A stretch of DNA of 64,000 nt from Lama guanicoe (GCA_013239625.1 MU054323.1:5011220-5075219), one strand, 5' to 3'. Counted from the stretch's first letter, positions 13,815 through 25,294 are shown. Numbers and translations: made by a program. Notes: generated by a model from the sequence alone, not told the origin.

Positions 13815-14420
13815 TCTTTTCACTGATTATTTCCTCTGCCTGGGATGCTCTTTCCCCAGAAACGTACGTGGCTAAATTCCTCAGATCCTTTAAGTTTTTG
13901 CTCAGATGTTACCTTCACTAGGAGACCTATCCTGATCATGAGACTTAAAATTGTTACTGCCTCTCCCTGCTAGCTCTCCTTGAGCTCTTTCTTTCTCTCT
14001 ACCTTGCTCCTATTCTAACATCTTACAACATCTATTTATTTGTTCCATGTATCATTTACTGTGGGTCCCTTCGCCGGAATGTAAAATCCTAGGTGGTTGG
14101 AAATTGGTTATTATTTCTGTTCACTATTGGATGCAGGCACAAGGGGACAGTGCCAGGCACTTAGTAGGCACTCAAGAAATTTAAAATTTTTATTTATTTA
14201 TTTATTTTAAATTTAAATTTAATTTAATTTCTTGAGGCAGGGAGGTTGTTAGGTCTATTTATTAATTTACTATTATTGTTTTAATGGAGGTACTGGGAAT
14301 TGAACCCAGAACCCTGTGTATGCTATGCATGTGTTCTACCACTTGAGCTATACCCTCCCCACCAAGAAATCATTTTTATAGACTGGAATGGAATGAGATG
14401 GAATGGAAAGGAGGAATGAA
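13815..14420 (+). mobile_element. L2a 3' end, interrupted by a SINE
   Basis: ttcctctgcctgggatgctctttcccc...ctcagatgttaccttc...acagtgccaggcacttagtaggcactcaagaaat, then the SINE, then gaatggaatg tail. Confidence 0.8.
14181..14362 (-). mobile_element. tRNA-Ala-derived camelid SINE (vic-1-like)
   Basis: Minus strand 14360-14285 reads GGGGAGGGTATAGCTCAAGTGGTAGAACACATGCATAGCATACACAGGGTTCTGGGTTCAATTCCCAGTACCTCCA (A box, B box, AGC anticodon position), followed by an AT-rich tail; TSD caagaaat at 14173-14180 and 14363-14370. Confidence 0.9.
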
Positions 14421-14929
14421 TAATGCATCCCGACCAAACTCCGGGTGTTTCAGGAACAAACAACTCACCTAGAGGCAGTACGGCCAGCGCAGGTGTCAGG
14501 AGACCTCCAGAGACACGGCGCTACCTGGGAGTATGCAAACGAGCACCAATTCGTGGTCTCTAAGAATGGATCTCAGACTCCTCTCTGTGGCAGGGGCCCC
14601 ACTGGGGCCTTAGCTATTACAAGTTGTGAAACAGGCTGGGAGCACGCTCGTCCTACCACCTCCTAAAGACCCAGAGGCTGAGAAGTTACACTGGGAAAAA
14701 CACGCATCATGCCCCCCCACCTCCAGTGGACAGAACACACGTGCTGGGTTCCCAGCGTTGCTGGTAGCACTTTAGCAAGGGGAAATGAGAAGGAGCAAAC
14801 ACTGACCCTGACATCAAGGGTTCTGCAGTCAGGACCCAGGGGGCACTACAGGCCTAATGAGAATAATGAGAAATAAAGAGATGTTAGGACAAAAGCATGG
14901 AACCCAAAATTTTACACACTCTCTACTAC

Positions 14930-15250
14930 GATCCAAACTCTCTTCTGGGCATTGGACAGATGATGACGACAACATGTGGTTCTGTCCAAGGATATAAGTG
15001 AGGACCGTAAATGCATCATTATAATACAACGTGACACAGGCTGTAAGACTGGTATGTAGAAAGTGCTGTACAGTGATAATGGTGAACAGCTTTCCCCGGA
15101 AGTGAAGGGAAAGCTACAGTGGCAGGGCTACGTTTCCTTTTGGCCTTGAAGGATAAATCAGAGTTTGTCAGAAGAGGAGGGTGAGCATTTCACGAAGGAA
15201 AAACTAAGGGAGGTGAGAGGCAGCTACAGGATGGCCTGGACGGCAGAAAG
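14930..15250 (-). mobile_element. L2 fragment
   Basis: ataatacaacgtgacacaggctgtaag...ggccttgaaggataaatcagagtttgtcaga...gagcatttcacgaaggaaaaa. Confidence 0.45.
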
Positions 15251-15699
15251 GCAAGAGTTCTTCCCAGCGGGTCTCCTTTGCTCACATCCCACGGTAGGGC
15301 TGTCCTTTCCATCTCTCTCCCAACTCATTGGACAACACTTGCTTCATAACACACACCCAAGTATAAGCACAGTCAATGCATGACAGAAAACGGAACCAAG
15401 CAGGGCCCGGCCAGATCACCCATCACGGCCCCTAGCCGATGCCCTGATTTTTAACAGAAGTTCTGATGTCTCAGAAGACCACCTCTGCTCATCTGTGGTT
15501 TTGTGAGTCTGTGCTCTGACTTGCCAGTTATCCCCTCTCACTCTGAAGGTGCTGATTTGACCCTGTGATCGGGGGTCACACTGCTACTCCTGACCCTGGA
15601 GCGCCTGGCACAGGTTTGGGCACATGGTGGTCATTCAGGAAGTGACATGGAGGGAGGACAGCATGGAGAGGCCTTCAGAGGCTCGGACGGGCTGCTGGA

Positions 15700-15880
15700 A
15701 GGCTTCCTCTGCCAGCTATTGGTGTGTGACCTGGGACAACCACTTAATATCTCTTTTACTCTTTTTATAAAGTAAGAATAAGAGGATTTAAGTCCTAGTG
15801 TTGCTAGAAGGTTCAAATAAATTACTACTATGCAAAAGCTTTGAACAGTATCTGGTACAAAAGGCACTTGGTAATAGGGA
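15700..15880 (+). mobile_element. MIR SINE
   Basis: ctctgccagctattggtgtgtgacctgggacaaccacttaat...tgcaaaagctttgaacagtatctggtaca. Confidence 0.7.
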
Positions 15881-15974
15881 GGCGTTGTTATTTAGAGTCG
15901 TTACAACACTGATGTTTGTGATTCCTTGCCTACAGTGCTGCTCTGTCACCTCTCTGATGGATTCAGCTCACAGA

Positions 15975-16120
15975 AGTAGCTGAGAACCAGGAGACGGGAG
16001 ACCCGGGTCCTCGTCTTGGCTCTGCCCCAAACCATCTATCTCATCCAAGGTAAATAACTTTCCCCTCGGAGACTCAGTTTCTAAGGGGGTAATGGTTAGG
16101 CTCAGACATGACTGTGAGGT
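15975..16120 (+). mobile_element. MIR-family SINE
   Basis: gagacccgggtcctcgtcttggctctgcc...ataactttcccctcggagactcagtttct. Confidence 0.5.
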
Positions 16121-16494
16121 TGAAAGAACTGTCCACATGTTCCTCTAAGACTCTTCGGGTTTTCAGTATCTCCTTGACCCCAAGACAGACACAGAGTGTT
16201 GGCCAAAGTCCTCCCAAGGGACTGGCACTTCTTCACGACTGATTAGGAAGCAGGACAGAGAGAGAAATCTGGATTCAGAGAGGAGAACCTGACCCTGTGC
16301 GCAACAGAAGGTTACGGAAACCTCACCACCAACTCCCCGCCCTCCTCCCTGTGGGTCCCCTGCCCCCGGAGCTGACCAGGTGCCATCCCTCTGCGCTCCT
16401 GGCCTGTGCTGAGTGCGGGGGACGGCCTCCTCCCTGCAGCAAGCACGCAGTGATGGGGACATGACAGCTCAAGCTCCCGTTTTCCCCTCCACTG

Positions 16495-16655
16495 GGGCAC
16501 TTAACTATCTGAACTCTAATGGCAGGATTTCCTTATCTGTCACTCCTGCCGGTGCAGGAGCTCACGAAGAGCACACACCAAGCATTTTTTGGCTCTATAT
16601 TCATAACATCTTGCAAGGCACCTGAGACAATAAATACTTGGTGAATGAATAAAGC
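16495..16655 (+). mobile_element. L2 3' tail
   Basis: gaactctaatggcaggatttcc...caataaatacttggtgaatgaataaa. Confidence 0.5.
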
Positions 16656-16694
16656 CATAAAAGAAATGGGTCATAGTAGAATCGACCAGAAGAC

Positions 16695-16925
16695 AAATGA
16701 CGAATGCCTTTACTGTGTTTTACTCTGTGCAAGCCCCGTGTAAGTGCCACGCAAATATTGTTCCAGTTAATCCTCAGGGCAGGACTACAAGGGAGGTAGT
16801 CCTATCTCTATTTCACAGACAGGAGAACAAAGGCTCAGAAAGAAGACGAAACATAAAGAAGTTTACACACAGCCAGCAATCAGAAGAACCAAGGTTCACC
16901 ACACTGACGTCTGCTGGAATCCAAA
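16695..16925 (-). mobile_element. MIR SINE
   Basis: ttaatcctcagggcagg...tatttcacagacaggagaacaaaggctcagaaa...cacacagccagcaa. Confidence 0.7.
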
Positions 16926-18419
16926 GAACTGGTAGATTGGGGTGAGATACTCAAGCTTCTGAAACAACTGATCAACCTAGAGCTTACCTCAAATTGAACT
17001 AAACTTGGAGTCCATCATTCTTTTCTTCTCCATCTGTTTCCTAAGTAGAAGCACAGGTACTTAAAATCTTTGAATTCCTAATTTTCTCAGCACCAAGTCT
17101 TTACCTGGTTTGGGCTGGCAAGTCTATGACACAACAGTTCTAATAAAACCATCACTGACAACCACGTCCAAGAGCCCAGAATACGTGTGTCAGAGAAGGG
17201 GAGGGGGCAGGAGAATTTCCAGCTCTGAAAAGTCAGCACAAATGCTTTGCTCTTTCAGAAAGACTGTTCCTCAAAAAATACAGTCTAGCTAAGTCTTAAC
17301 TTACCATCATATTGCAAACCAGAGTTTACCTGTAATTGTATGCAACGCTCTACAAAGTCCACTCTGAGGGAAGCATGATTGTTAGTCTAGAGCCCTGTTT
17401 GTTAACAGGACTATTAGCTGAACATCATGCAAAAGCACTGATTTGTTTCTTAGATGCCTGATCATTGCAGACATTGGAAACTCCGGGATAAAATAAAGCT
17501 CTCTTGACATTATGGACAAATTTAATCTGGCAACAATTAGTTTGACTAATCCCAAGTGAGAAGCCGAGGGAAGAAAGAAAGAGAGGAAAATGAGCCACAT
17601 TTACAGCGCTTTTCAGAAAAGACTGATTCAGGACGATTTATTTGCAGAGTCACATTAGACTCTGAAAAGGCAATAAATGAAATAAGAATTGTTATTTCTC
17701 GGGGCCATTGTTTCCATTATTGTTTTTATGTGGATTAAATGTGGGGAAGGGATTGACAGCCCTGGAGAGTTAAGATTCACGCCGTCTCAAAGAACAGCTG
17801 CAGAGAGGTAGCGGGAGAACCAGGAATAAAAGGAGAAAAAGACTCACTGGGGAGGTGTGGAGATTCAGGGCCGCTCAGAAGTCTCCCCGCCCCAGGAACC
17901 AGACCTACTGAGAGTGAGGCAAAAGGGAACTCTGCCTTGTGGGTCACATCCAGATCACAGAATATTCGTTTCTCAGGTTTGCTGAAGAATATCTGGATAT
18001 TCAAGAGAGGGAACGGTCAAAGATCCCTGTGCCAAGACACATGAAGTACAGGTAACTGCAATTAGGAGTGTTACAGGAAAAAAAAAAAAAAAGACAGCTA
18101 CAACATGGGAAAAAACAAAAAACAAAAACAGGTACTAAAAGAGTGTTTGCAGGTCACCAGGGATAAACTCAGACTAAAGGAAAGAGACACTGAGGCCTCA
18201 GAGATGAGCAGTGTCAGGACACCCCACTGTCCAGCCTGACACAGTTTTGGACTGGAGGTCCAGGTTCAAATCGACAGCATACGATATTGATTTCTCAGGG
18301 CTTGGTGAGGAGAGGGGCAGAGAAAAAAAGAAAAGTGAACTACACTTAAGTGGTCCTATTTCTTCTAAAGTTTACACTACAGTGGAAGAGAGATAGAATA
18401 TGAAGTACAAAGATAATTG

Positions 18420-18560
18420 CAGTTTGGGATAAGTTACTGATGACAAGTTGCTTAGTCCTGCTGGATCTCTTTCCTCGATATTCAGAAACATGAAAATGCT
18501 AATGTCCACCTTGCCTAGATCACAATGCAGGGTGAGAATCAAACTGAAAAGCAGAGAGAG
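18420..18560 (+). mobile_element. MIR fragment
   Basis: acaagttgcttagtcctgctggatctctttcctc...aatgctaatgtccaccttgcc...gtgagaatcaaa. Confidence 0.45.
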
Positions 18561-19190
18561 AAGAACAGTTGTATTCCAGTAAGATGTTCTTTTATTGTTT
18601 TTAACTGCTTTGAATGGGATGTTAAAAAATTTTGGTAATTAACAAAATAGAAAAGATTGAGGTGGATACTGGGTCAGGACAATGAAGGATGCCTACAACT
18701 GTTTAAAAAAAAGAGAGAGAGAGAAATCTGGAAACAAGCAAGGAAAGCAGGCATCTGAAAGGGTGGGAAATGACTCAGCTAATACCAGTGGCCAAATTTG
18801 TAAAGCAGCATATGTTCCCTTCCACAAAAGGGCTGTTGCTTTTGGAACTTCTGAGCCGCTCTGTGCCAGTGGGAGATGACTGAAGAAGACAATTTATGAG
18901 ATGGCCAAGCACCCAAGACTGTGGGCGGGGCGCGTGTTCTTAGGAACCAGTCACAGATGATGTACCTTCATCGGTCTAAGATACGGGAGTACAGCAGAGA
19001 GGAGAGAGATGAAGAGAAGAAGACAAGAAACAAGAAAGGATGTGCATGAGTGTCCAAGGAAGAATGTGAGGGTGAGAGAGAGCGACAGAGAGACAGAAAA
19101 AGGGGCTAGGACCAAGGCAATACCTACACAGAATAGCTCTATGGGGGACAATTCACTGCAAAGGTGTTTAGACGAAGTGGGGAGGAGAAA

Positions 19191-19274
19191 TGATGGATAT
19201 TCGAGAGAGTGTGGCTTTACATTGGAAATTCTTGATGGACTCTCAAGAAAGTGTGGCTTCACATGGAAAATGCC
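19191..19274 (+). repeat. Diverged 42-bp tandem duplication (2 copies)
   Basis: tgatggatattcgagagagtgtggctttacattggaaattct vs tgatggactctcaagaaagtgtggcttcacatggaaaatgcc; 32/42 identical ungapped by hand count. Confidence 0.8.
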
Positions 19275-19629
19275 GGGAAGATTAAAGGCTACCCCTCTAC
19301 AAATCACCTGGCACAACCCCCTGGCCCAGAGTAGGCACTTAGTGAATGCTGGTTTCACTTCCTCTTCCCTCTCCTTTACTACCGTGAATACAGTACAACC
19401 AGGGGCCATCTCTCACGTTCCTGCGTGTTTCACAGTATCTTTACCACTGTCATACAAATGCTCGGCGTTCAGGGAGAGTTCGTGGCATCTCCATTGCTAC
19501 ACTTCTACAACAGAAGTCTAAAAGCCTGGGATATCCTGGTTAAAACAGACGAAAGTAACTCCAAAGTGCCTCAGAAGAGAGAAGGTTGGAATGTCCTGTC
19601 TTTATATACTGAAGGAAGTGAAAGTGAAA

Positions 19630-19805
19630 GTTGAAATGCCCTTGGAGATTTTACTAAAAGTAGTAGACATAATTGCAACATTTGTTAAAATGAGGTGAAG
19701 GTGGCTACAGGAATGCACATTTAAATACAAATATATCAAGCTGTTCACTTAAACTTTATACTTTTTTCACACGTTACTGTATGTAATTGATACTTCAATT
19801 AAAAA
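19630..19805 (+). mobile_element. Old L1 (L1MC/ME-like) 3' terminal fragment
   Basis: ggtggctacagg...atcaagctgttcacttaa...ttactgtatgtaattgatacttcaattaaaaa. Confidence 0.55.
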
Positions 19806-22229
19806 CATGCACCAGAAGGAACGTAGTAGCAAAGCAGTGCAGCTTCTGATTCTACAGAACGCACTGTATCAGCACCACTGATGGTCAGTAGAGTTGCTGG
19901 CCACGTCTTAGGCAGTCTGTTGGCTGTCCCATGGACACTGCAGCGTATGTGGGTAGTGAAGAGGATTCCAGAAGGAGTGAGTTTGTGTTGCCTACACAGC
20001 ATGGGACCAATGGCTGTGCACTTTGGACACTAAAGATTCTGAGGGAAGGAGAGAGAAAACGACTCTTCTTTGAGGACTTACCACATGCTGTATATGCATT
20101 ACCTCATCTAATCCTCATGCTATTCAATCAATGAAGTAATTGACATGTATTCGAAGGGGTTAATTTTCCCAAGGGAGCGATGCGCCATGAGGAATCAGAG
20201 ATGACATCGGCTGTGGCATAAAACTCTTCTTCATCCCAAAGCAGAATCCTATGTGTTTCTTTACTTGCTATATTTTGTTTTTAAATCTGAATATTGCCCT
20301 GAGTTTTCTGGTGGTGGTCAGAAAGCAGCTTCTCTTATAGAAAGAAGTCTAGTCTACCCTACGCGTTCCCAGTATGATGGAGAAAAGCCAGCCCTTCTGC
20401 CCTAGGCTGGAATTTTCCTGCGGCAGCCGTTCCAACTGCTTCCATGACCGATCACATGAAAAATACCATGAGTGCAGGAGCACAGAGTGGAGGCTTGGCA
20501 GTAGGAGCTCTAGTTGCTACACCGTCTCCAGGCATAGCTCCCATTAGCAGTGACGTCTGTGATGTGTGTGAGCTGAGGGAATACTCCACTTTATTAAGAG
20601 GAAATGATATATACAGTTACCTGTGGACCGAAGTCAAATAGCAGAATCGCTGTTGGTCTATGGGAACTCTTTCTTATTAGTGTCATATAAATGCAAGTAG
20701 ATACTTAAAGAGATGGATAACACATGGGGCGGGTAGAGCCACAACATCTGATTGACTAAAAGCCAATTTTAAAAACAGATATGGTTTTTTTTTTTTTGGA
20801 TAAGAACCTTCCAATTCTAGAACCACAATCTCACCCCTTAATAAACAGAGTATAATGCAATATTTCAAGCTCTTAAACAACTCTGGACGGCAAAGAGCGA
20901 AATGTAGTGAGGTAAGCATGTTTGTTTCCTCTCAACCTCTACCTTTTCTACTAAGCAAAAGAAGTTAATGAGTCAACTCATTTCCAACCTGCGTGTTATG
21001 TGCCAATTGCTTAAATCAAATGAGAAGCTCTTTCTAGCTCAGGACTCAGAGCTCAAGTAAAAGTTGTCAGATTTGATAAAGTAGATTTGTTCTAGAAGGA
21101 AACATTCCCTTTCTATTTTCCAGGGTACATCTGTTTGCCAGAGTGCATTTCCCAGCTAATCCCAGTTTGTCGACAGCATCTGCGATGAACTTTAATTGTG
21201 TGCTTTACCTGACAGTCTTAATTGTAATCTGACTTCCTTCAGGTAGCAATCAGTGGAGTGAGGTAATCATATCTCCCTGAAGCCCATAAACACAGCCACC
21301 TGCGCCTCTTCTGTTTCGCATTCCTCTCCTTAACTTCAGCATCACACGGAGAGGGGACACGGAGCCTGACAAGGTACAGTGTCCTCAAAATAGCTGCTTT
21401 TTTCCCTATCATTACAGTGGTGTATAATTAAACACAGGCGGAGTAACTGAGGGCAAAAATAATCCTATAATTTTAAATTATAATAGTAAATCTGCCATAC
21501 AAGTGGAGATTAGCTTTTTTCATCGGGAAGGAACTGGTTCTACTTCATGCTTATGCCTGCCTTTGTAGGTTTCTCTGAATATTCTTCTTGGTATGTGGTT
21601 TTCTGTGTGACTATCAGGGGCTTTCCCTTCATACACCACATCTGGAACCTCCCCACTCTGCTCCCTGTTGTCTGTTCCCTCTGCTCACATCCCTAATCCC
21701 CACTGCTTCTCTCATGGGCCCTGGAAGAGGGCTCCAGTTGGTCTCTATGTGTCCAATTGATCTCTGCCCAAACCAGCTCACTTGTGATACTCGAGTAATC
21801 ATTCTGAAATGAAAATCAGACCAGGCCCCAGATCTATCAGAAACAATCAGTGAGTTGAACTTTCCAGAAATATGGCACTGGAATCACCCATTTACAAACT
21901 ATCACCACTCCTTGGCCCAAATCCAGAGAAACGAACAAAACCAAACAAAGGATCAAGAAAAACTTCTTCAGTGTTAAAATTAATGAATGGACTCAAACCA
22001 ATGCTAAAATCATGGACAGAGAATTTCATTTTTCATTGTATAAACACAGGCATTACATTTTAAAAAGAAGGAACTACTATAATTAGCATCATGAATTCAC
22101 TTATGTGACTCATAAACTTTTTAATTAAATATCATCTACAATTAATGATATTTTACTGGATGAATATAATTTGATTGCCTTTCCCAGTAATTTAGTTATC
22201 TAGTTTCCTTTTCCCAACATTTATTTTTT

Positions 22230-22321
22230 CCAATGTTCATAAATATTATAGACAAACCAATGTGTGAGTTTTTCCCAATGTTCATAAATATTATAGACAA
22301 ACCAATGTGTGAGTTTTTCCC
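22230..22321 (+). repeat. Perfect 45-bp tandem duplication
   Basis: ccaatgttcataaatattatagacaaaccaatgtgtgagtttttc at 22230-22274 and 22275-22319. Confidence 0.97.
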
Positions 22322-22539
22322 TTTCACAATAGGATTGAGGTAAACAATTACTTCTTCTGATTATTGGCCATATATGTTTGCAGGTATGTGTATGTGGCTT
22401 GTAGATATGGATTCTTTCTCGTATTTTTTATTGGCACATTCATCGATTTCTTTTTTCATCTGTAAGAGCTCTTTATATATGAATAGTAATCATAATACAT
22501 TTGTCTAGACCATTAACTCACCCAATCTCCTAAATGGCT

Positions 22540-23549
22540 ATTTTAGTCATTTTCCTTTTTTGTCAAACTTGCAATACCTCCTCCATTATCCTTAATTTTA
22601 TTCCATGTCCTTATTTTCCTACATCATTGAAAACCTGATTTAATGAGAAGAGAACTTGCACAAGTTGCCGCATGTGCACTTCCCAGTGTCTGCAGCCACG
22701 GAAGCTGCCTTCTTTCCTCCCCCTGTAGATGAACTGTCCATGCTTCTAGCTAAGATGCAGGCCTTTCTCTTGTGTACTAGCTTTCAGCCCCTTGAGTGGT
22801 AACCAAGGGCATCACATCAGCAATTTTCTCCTACCTTCTTTGTATCACTAGCTTCCCCTTCTCTACTGGCTGATCCCCATCAACATATGAAATTGCTCTT
22901 TTCACTTCTCCTATGGAAAAATATATATATACCCACTGCTGTCTTTACCGTCACCTCTAGCTACCAGTGTGTATTTCTCCTCCCCTTTAGGACAAGAATC
23001 CTTGAAACAGTTGTCTATACATCTATTTCACTGTCTCTCCATTCTGTCCTTTCCTTCTCTCTTAAATCAGTTCCACCGAGACCTCCTTCCCATAACTCTC
23101 CTGTAAGTTTTGACTTATGAGCAGCATTTGAATTCTTCTTCTGAAATGTTTTCAATTCATTTCCCAGATACCAAACTCTCCTGATTTTCCTCCTAAATTA
23201 CTGCCTCACCCTTTTCAGTCTCCTTTGCTGAAGGAGACTGATAATCTCTTTAACTCTTTAACTCTGTTGGCGTGCCACAGGGCTCACTCCTTGTTTTTGT
23301 TGTTGTTTATCCTTCTTTCTCCTCCCTTTCATGTTTACACGCAGTTTCTCTGTTGGAGATCTCATCAATTGTTTGGCTTTAAAGACCCTGTAACCTGACA
23401 GTCTCAGGATCCTATCTACAGCTCAGACTTATCTCTTGAACGGCAGACCCCGTTTCCAACTGCCTACTCTACGTGGTGGTTGAATAACTGTTTCAAGTTT
23501 AATGCATCAAAAACTGAACTTTTGTTATTTTCCCTCAAACCTGCCTCTT
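22540..23549 (+). mobile_element. L2a, ORF2-derived part (5' segment)
   Basis: ccttgaaacagttgtctatac...ttgacttatgagcagcatttga...ctctcctgattttcctcct...ttccaactgcctactc...aaaactgaactt...aaacctgc. Confidence 0.85.
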
Positions 23550-24091
23550 AAGAGAAGGAGACCCCAGGACATCTGGTTTTGAAGGCCAGCGGGGCTTGGC
23601 TCTGGGGGCCTCATGGGACTGGGGGAAACGGAGACTCCATTCACTTGAGAAGCTTACATGGAAACTCACGTGCACCAGGTCCAAGGGCAGAGACAGTGGT
23701 TTCATAGGATCCTGGGCCAGGCCTGCCTGCCGGATTTGGAGGTTCTCCTGGGGACATGGGGGACGGCTGTGGCTCACTCTTGGGACGTAAAAGCTGGTGG
23801 CGGACATTCCGGGAGCATTAATCTACATGAGCTTTCCTGGAGGCTGATATCTTGATTGGATCATTAGCACCAAGACCTAGCTCCAAGCAACAGCCTGTAG
23901 GGAAGCCTCAGGCCAAACAACATACAGGGTGGGAACACAGCGCCACCCATCAGCAGACCTGAGCCACAATGGCCTCTAGACACAGCCCTACCCACCAGAG
24001 GTCCAGGACCAAGCTTCACCCAGCAGTGGGCAGGCACTGGCTCCTCCTGCCAGGAAACCTGCATACACCTCTAGTTCAGCCTCATTCAAGG
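23550..24091 (+). mobile_element. Isolated LINE-1 5'UTR-like fragment inserted in L2
   Basis: GC-rich island: gagaccccaggacatctggttttgaaggccagcggggcttg...gggactgggggaaacggagactcca...cctcaggccaaacaac...gggtgggaacacagcgccacccatcagcagac, resembling laurasiatherian L1 5'UTRs; flanked by tctt on both sides. Confidence 0.75.
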
Positions 24092-24965
24092 TCTTTTCTC
24101 GACCTTTTATGACATCTCAATCATTCCAGTGGGTGAGAGCAAAATTCTCCTTGATTTTCCCTCTTCTCTTTTAATCCACATTTAAACCATTTGCAAGTTC
24201 ACTTGGCTCTCCCTTCAAAATATGTACACAATCTTCTAATAACTTCTAATAACCTCCAATGTGACCACCTGCTCTATGTTGTTATCATCATTTAAAATAA
24301 TCCAGTGGCTTTATAATTGGTGTCACTGGTTCTGCTCTTGCCCTTTTATAGCTTATTTACAATGGCGTAAAATAGTCAGGATGATTCTGTGAAAACATAA
24401 ATCCAATCAAGAAGTTCTGCTAAAAGCCCCAGTGGATGAACATCTCACACAGACTAAAATCTAGAGCTCTTTCAATGGCCTCCAAGGTTCTACACCATTA
24501 GACTCATGGTGCCTCTCTGATTACATTCCTTACTTTGTCCCACTTGATCACTTCTCCACAACCATGGCTTCCTTGCTGTCATTCAGACGTTCCAGGCACA
24601 ACCTACAACCCAGCTTTTGCATTTGCTGTTCTCTCTGCACGGAATCCTCTTCCCTATAAATACATACTACTCACTCTCTCAAATAGTCTCTTCCCAGTGA
24701 AGACTCCTTTCATGTGCATTAAAATTTTCACTCCAAAACCCAAATTTCCACATCACCCTTCCTGCTTTATTTGTCCCCACAGAGCTATTCCTGTATAACA
24801 TGCTATATAATTTGCTTATTTATTTTATCCTTTGTCCAATTCCCCAGGCTAGACTATAACCCCATGAGGGCAGGGTTCTCTCTCAACTAATTTATACCCC
24901 ACAGCTGGAACAGTATCAGGAATGTAGAAAGTGTCCAATAAATATTTGTGAAGTGAATAAGTGAG
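24092..24965 (+). mobile_element. L2a continuation to the 3' end
   Basis: cccttcaaaatatg...ctagactataaccccatgagggcagggt...ccaataaatatttgtgaagtgaat. Confidence 0.88.
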
Positions 24966-25294
24966 ATAACTAAATACAAAATCCTCTGATTGAAATGCCC
25001 AAGTTCCCACCCCAGTCCACACACATGGGCCTATTGTACAAACTGTTTAAAAAAAAAAGTCACTGATTAGCTGGAACATTTAGTAGTTTCAAGAGAGGGA
25101 AAATAGTGTTTCAAAGGCCAACAGATTGACACAGGTCTGACTTAACAACACAGCTAATTCTAGCAGCTAAAGGAATAATATTGTCAAAGTGCTAAGGGAA
25201 AAACTGTCAAATTTAAATTTTTTAATCAGCTAAACCACCATTTGAAAGCATGAAGTGGAAATAGAGACACTGCAGACATAAAAACTCAACAGTT

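Noticed and set aside
14285..14360. Functional tRNA-Ala(AGC) gene
   Set aside because: It has stem mismatches, a SINE-type AT tail and a flanking TSD, so it is a SINE head.
23243..24252. Short direct duplications ctctttaa x2 (~23246) and cttctaataa x2 (~24233)
   Set aside because: These are ordinary 8-10 bp slippage events inside an L2.
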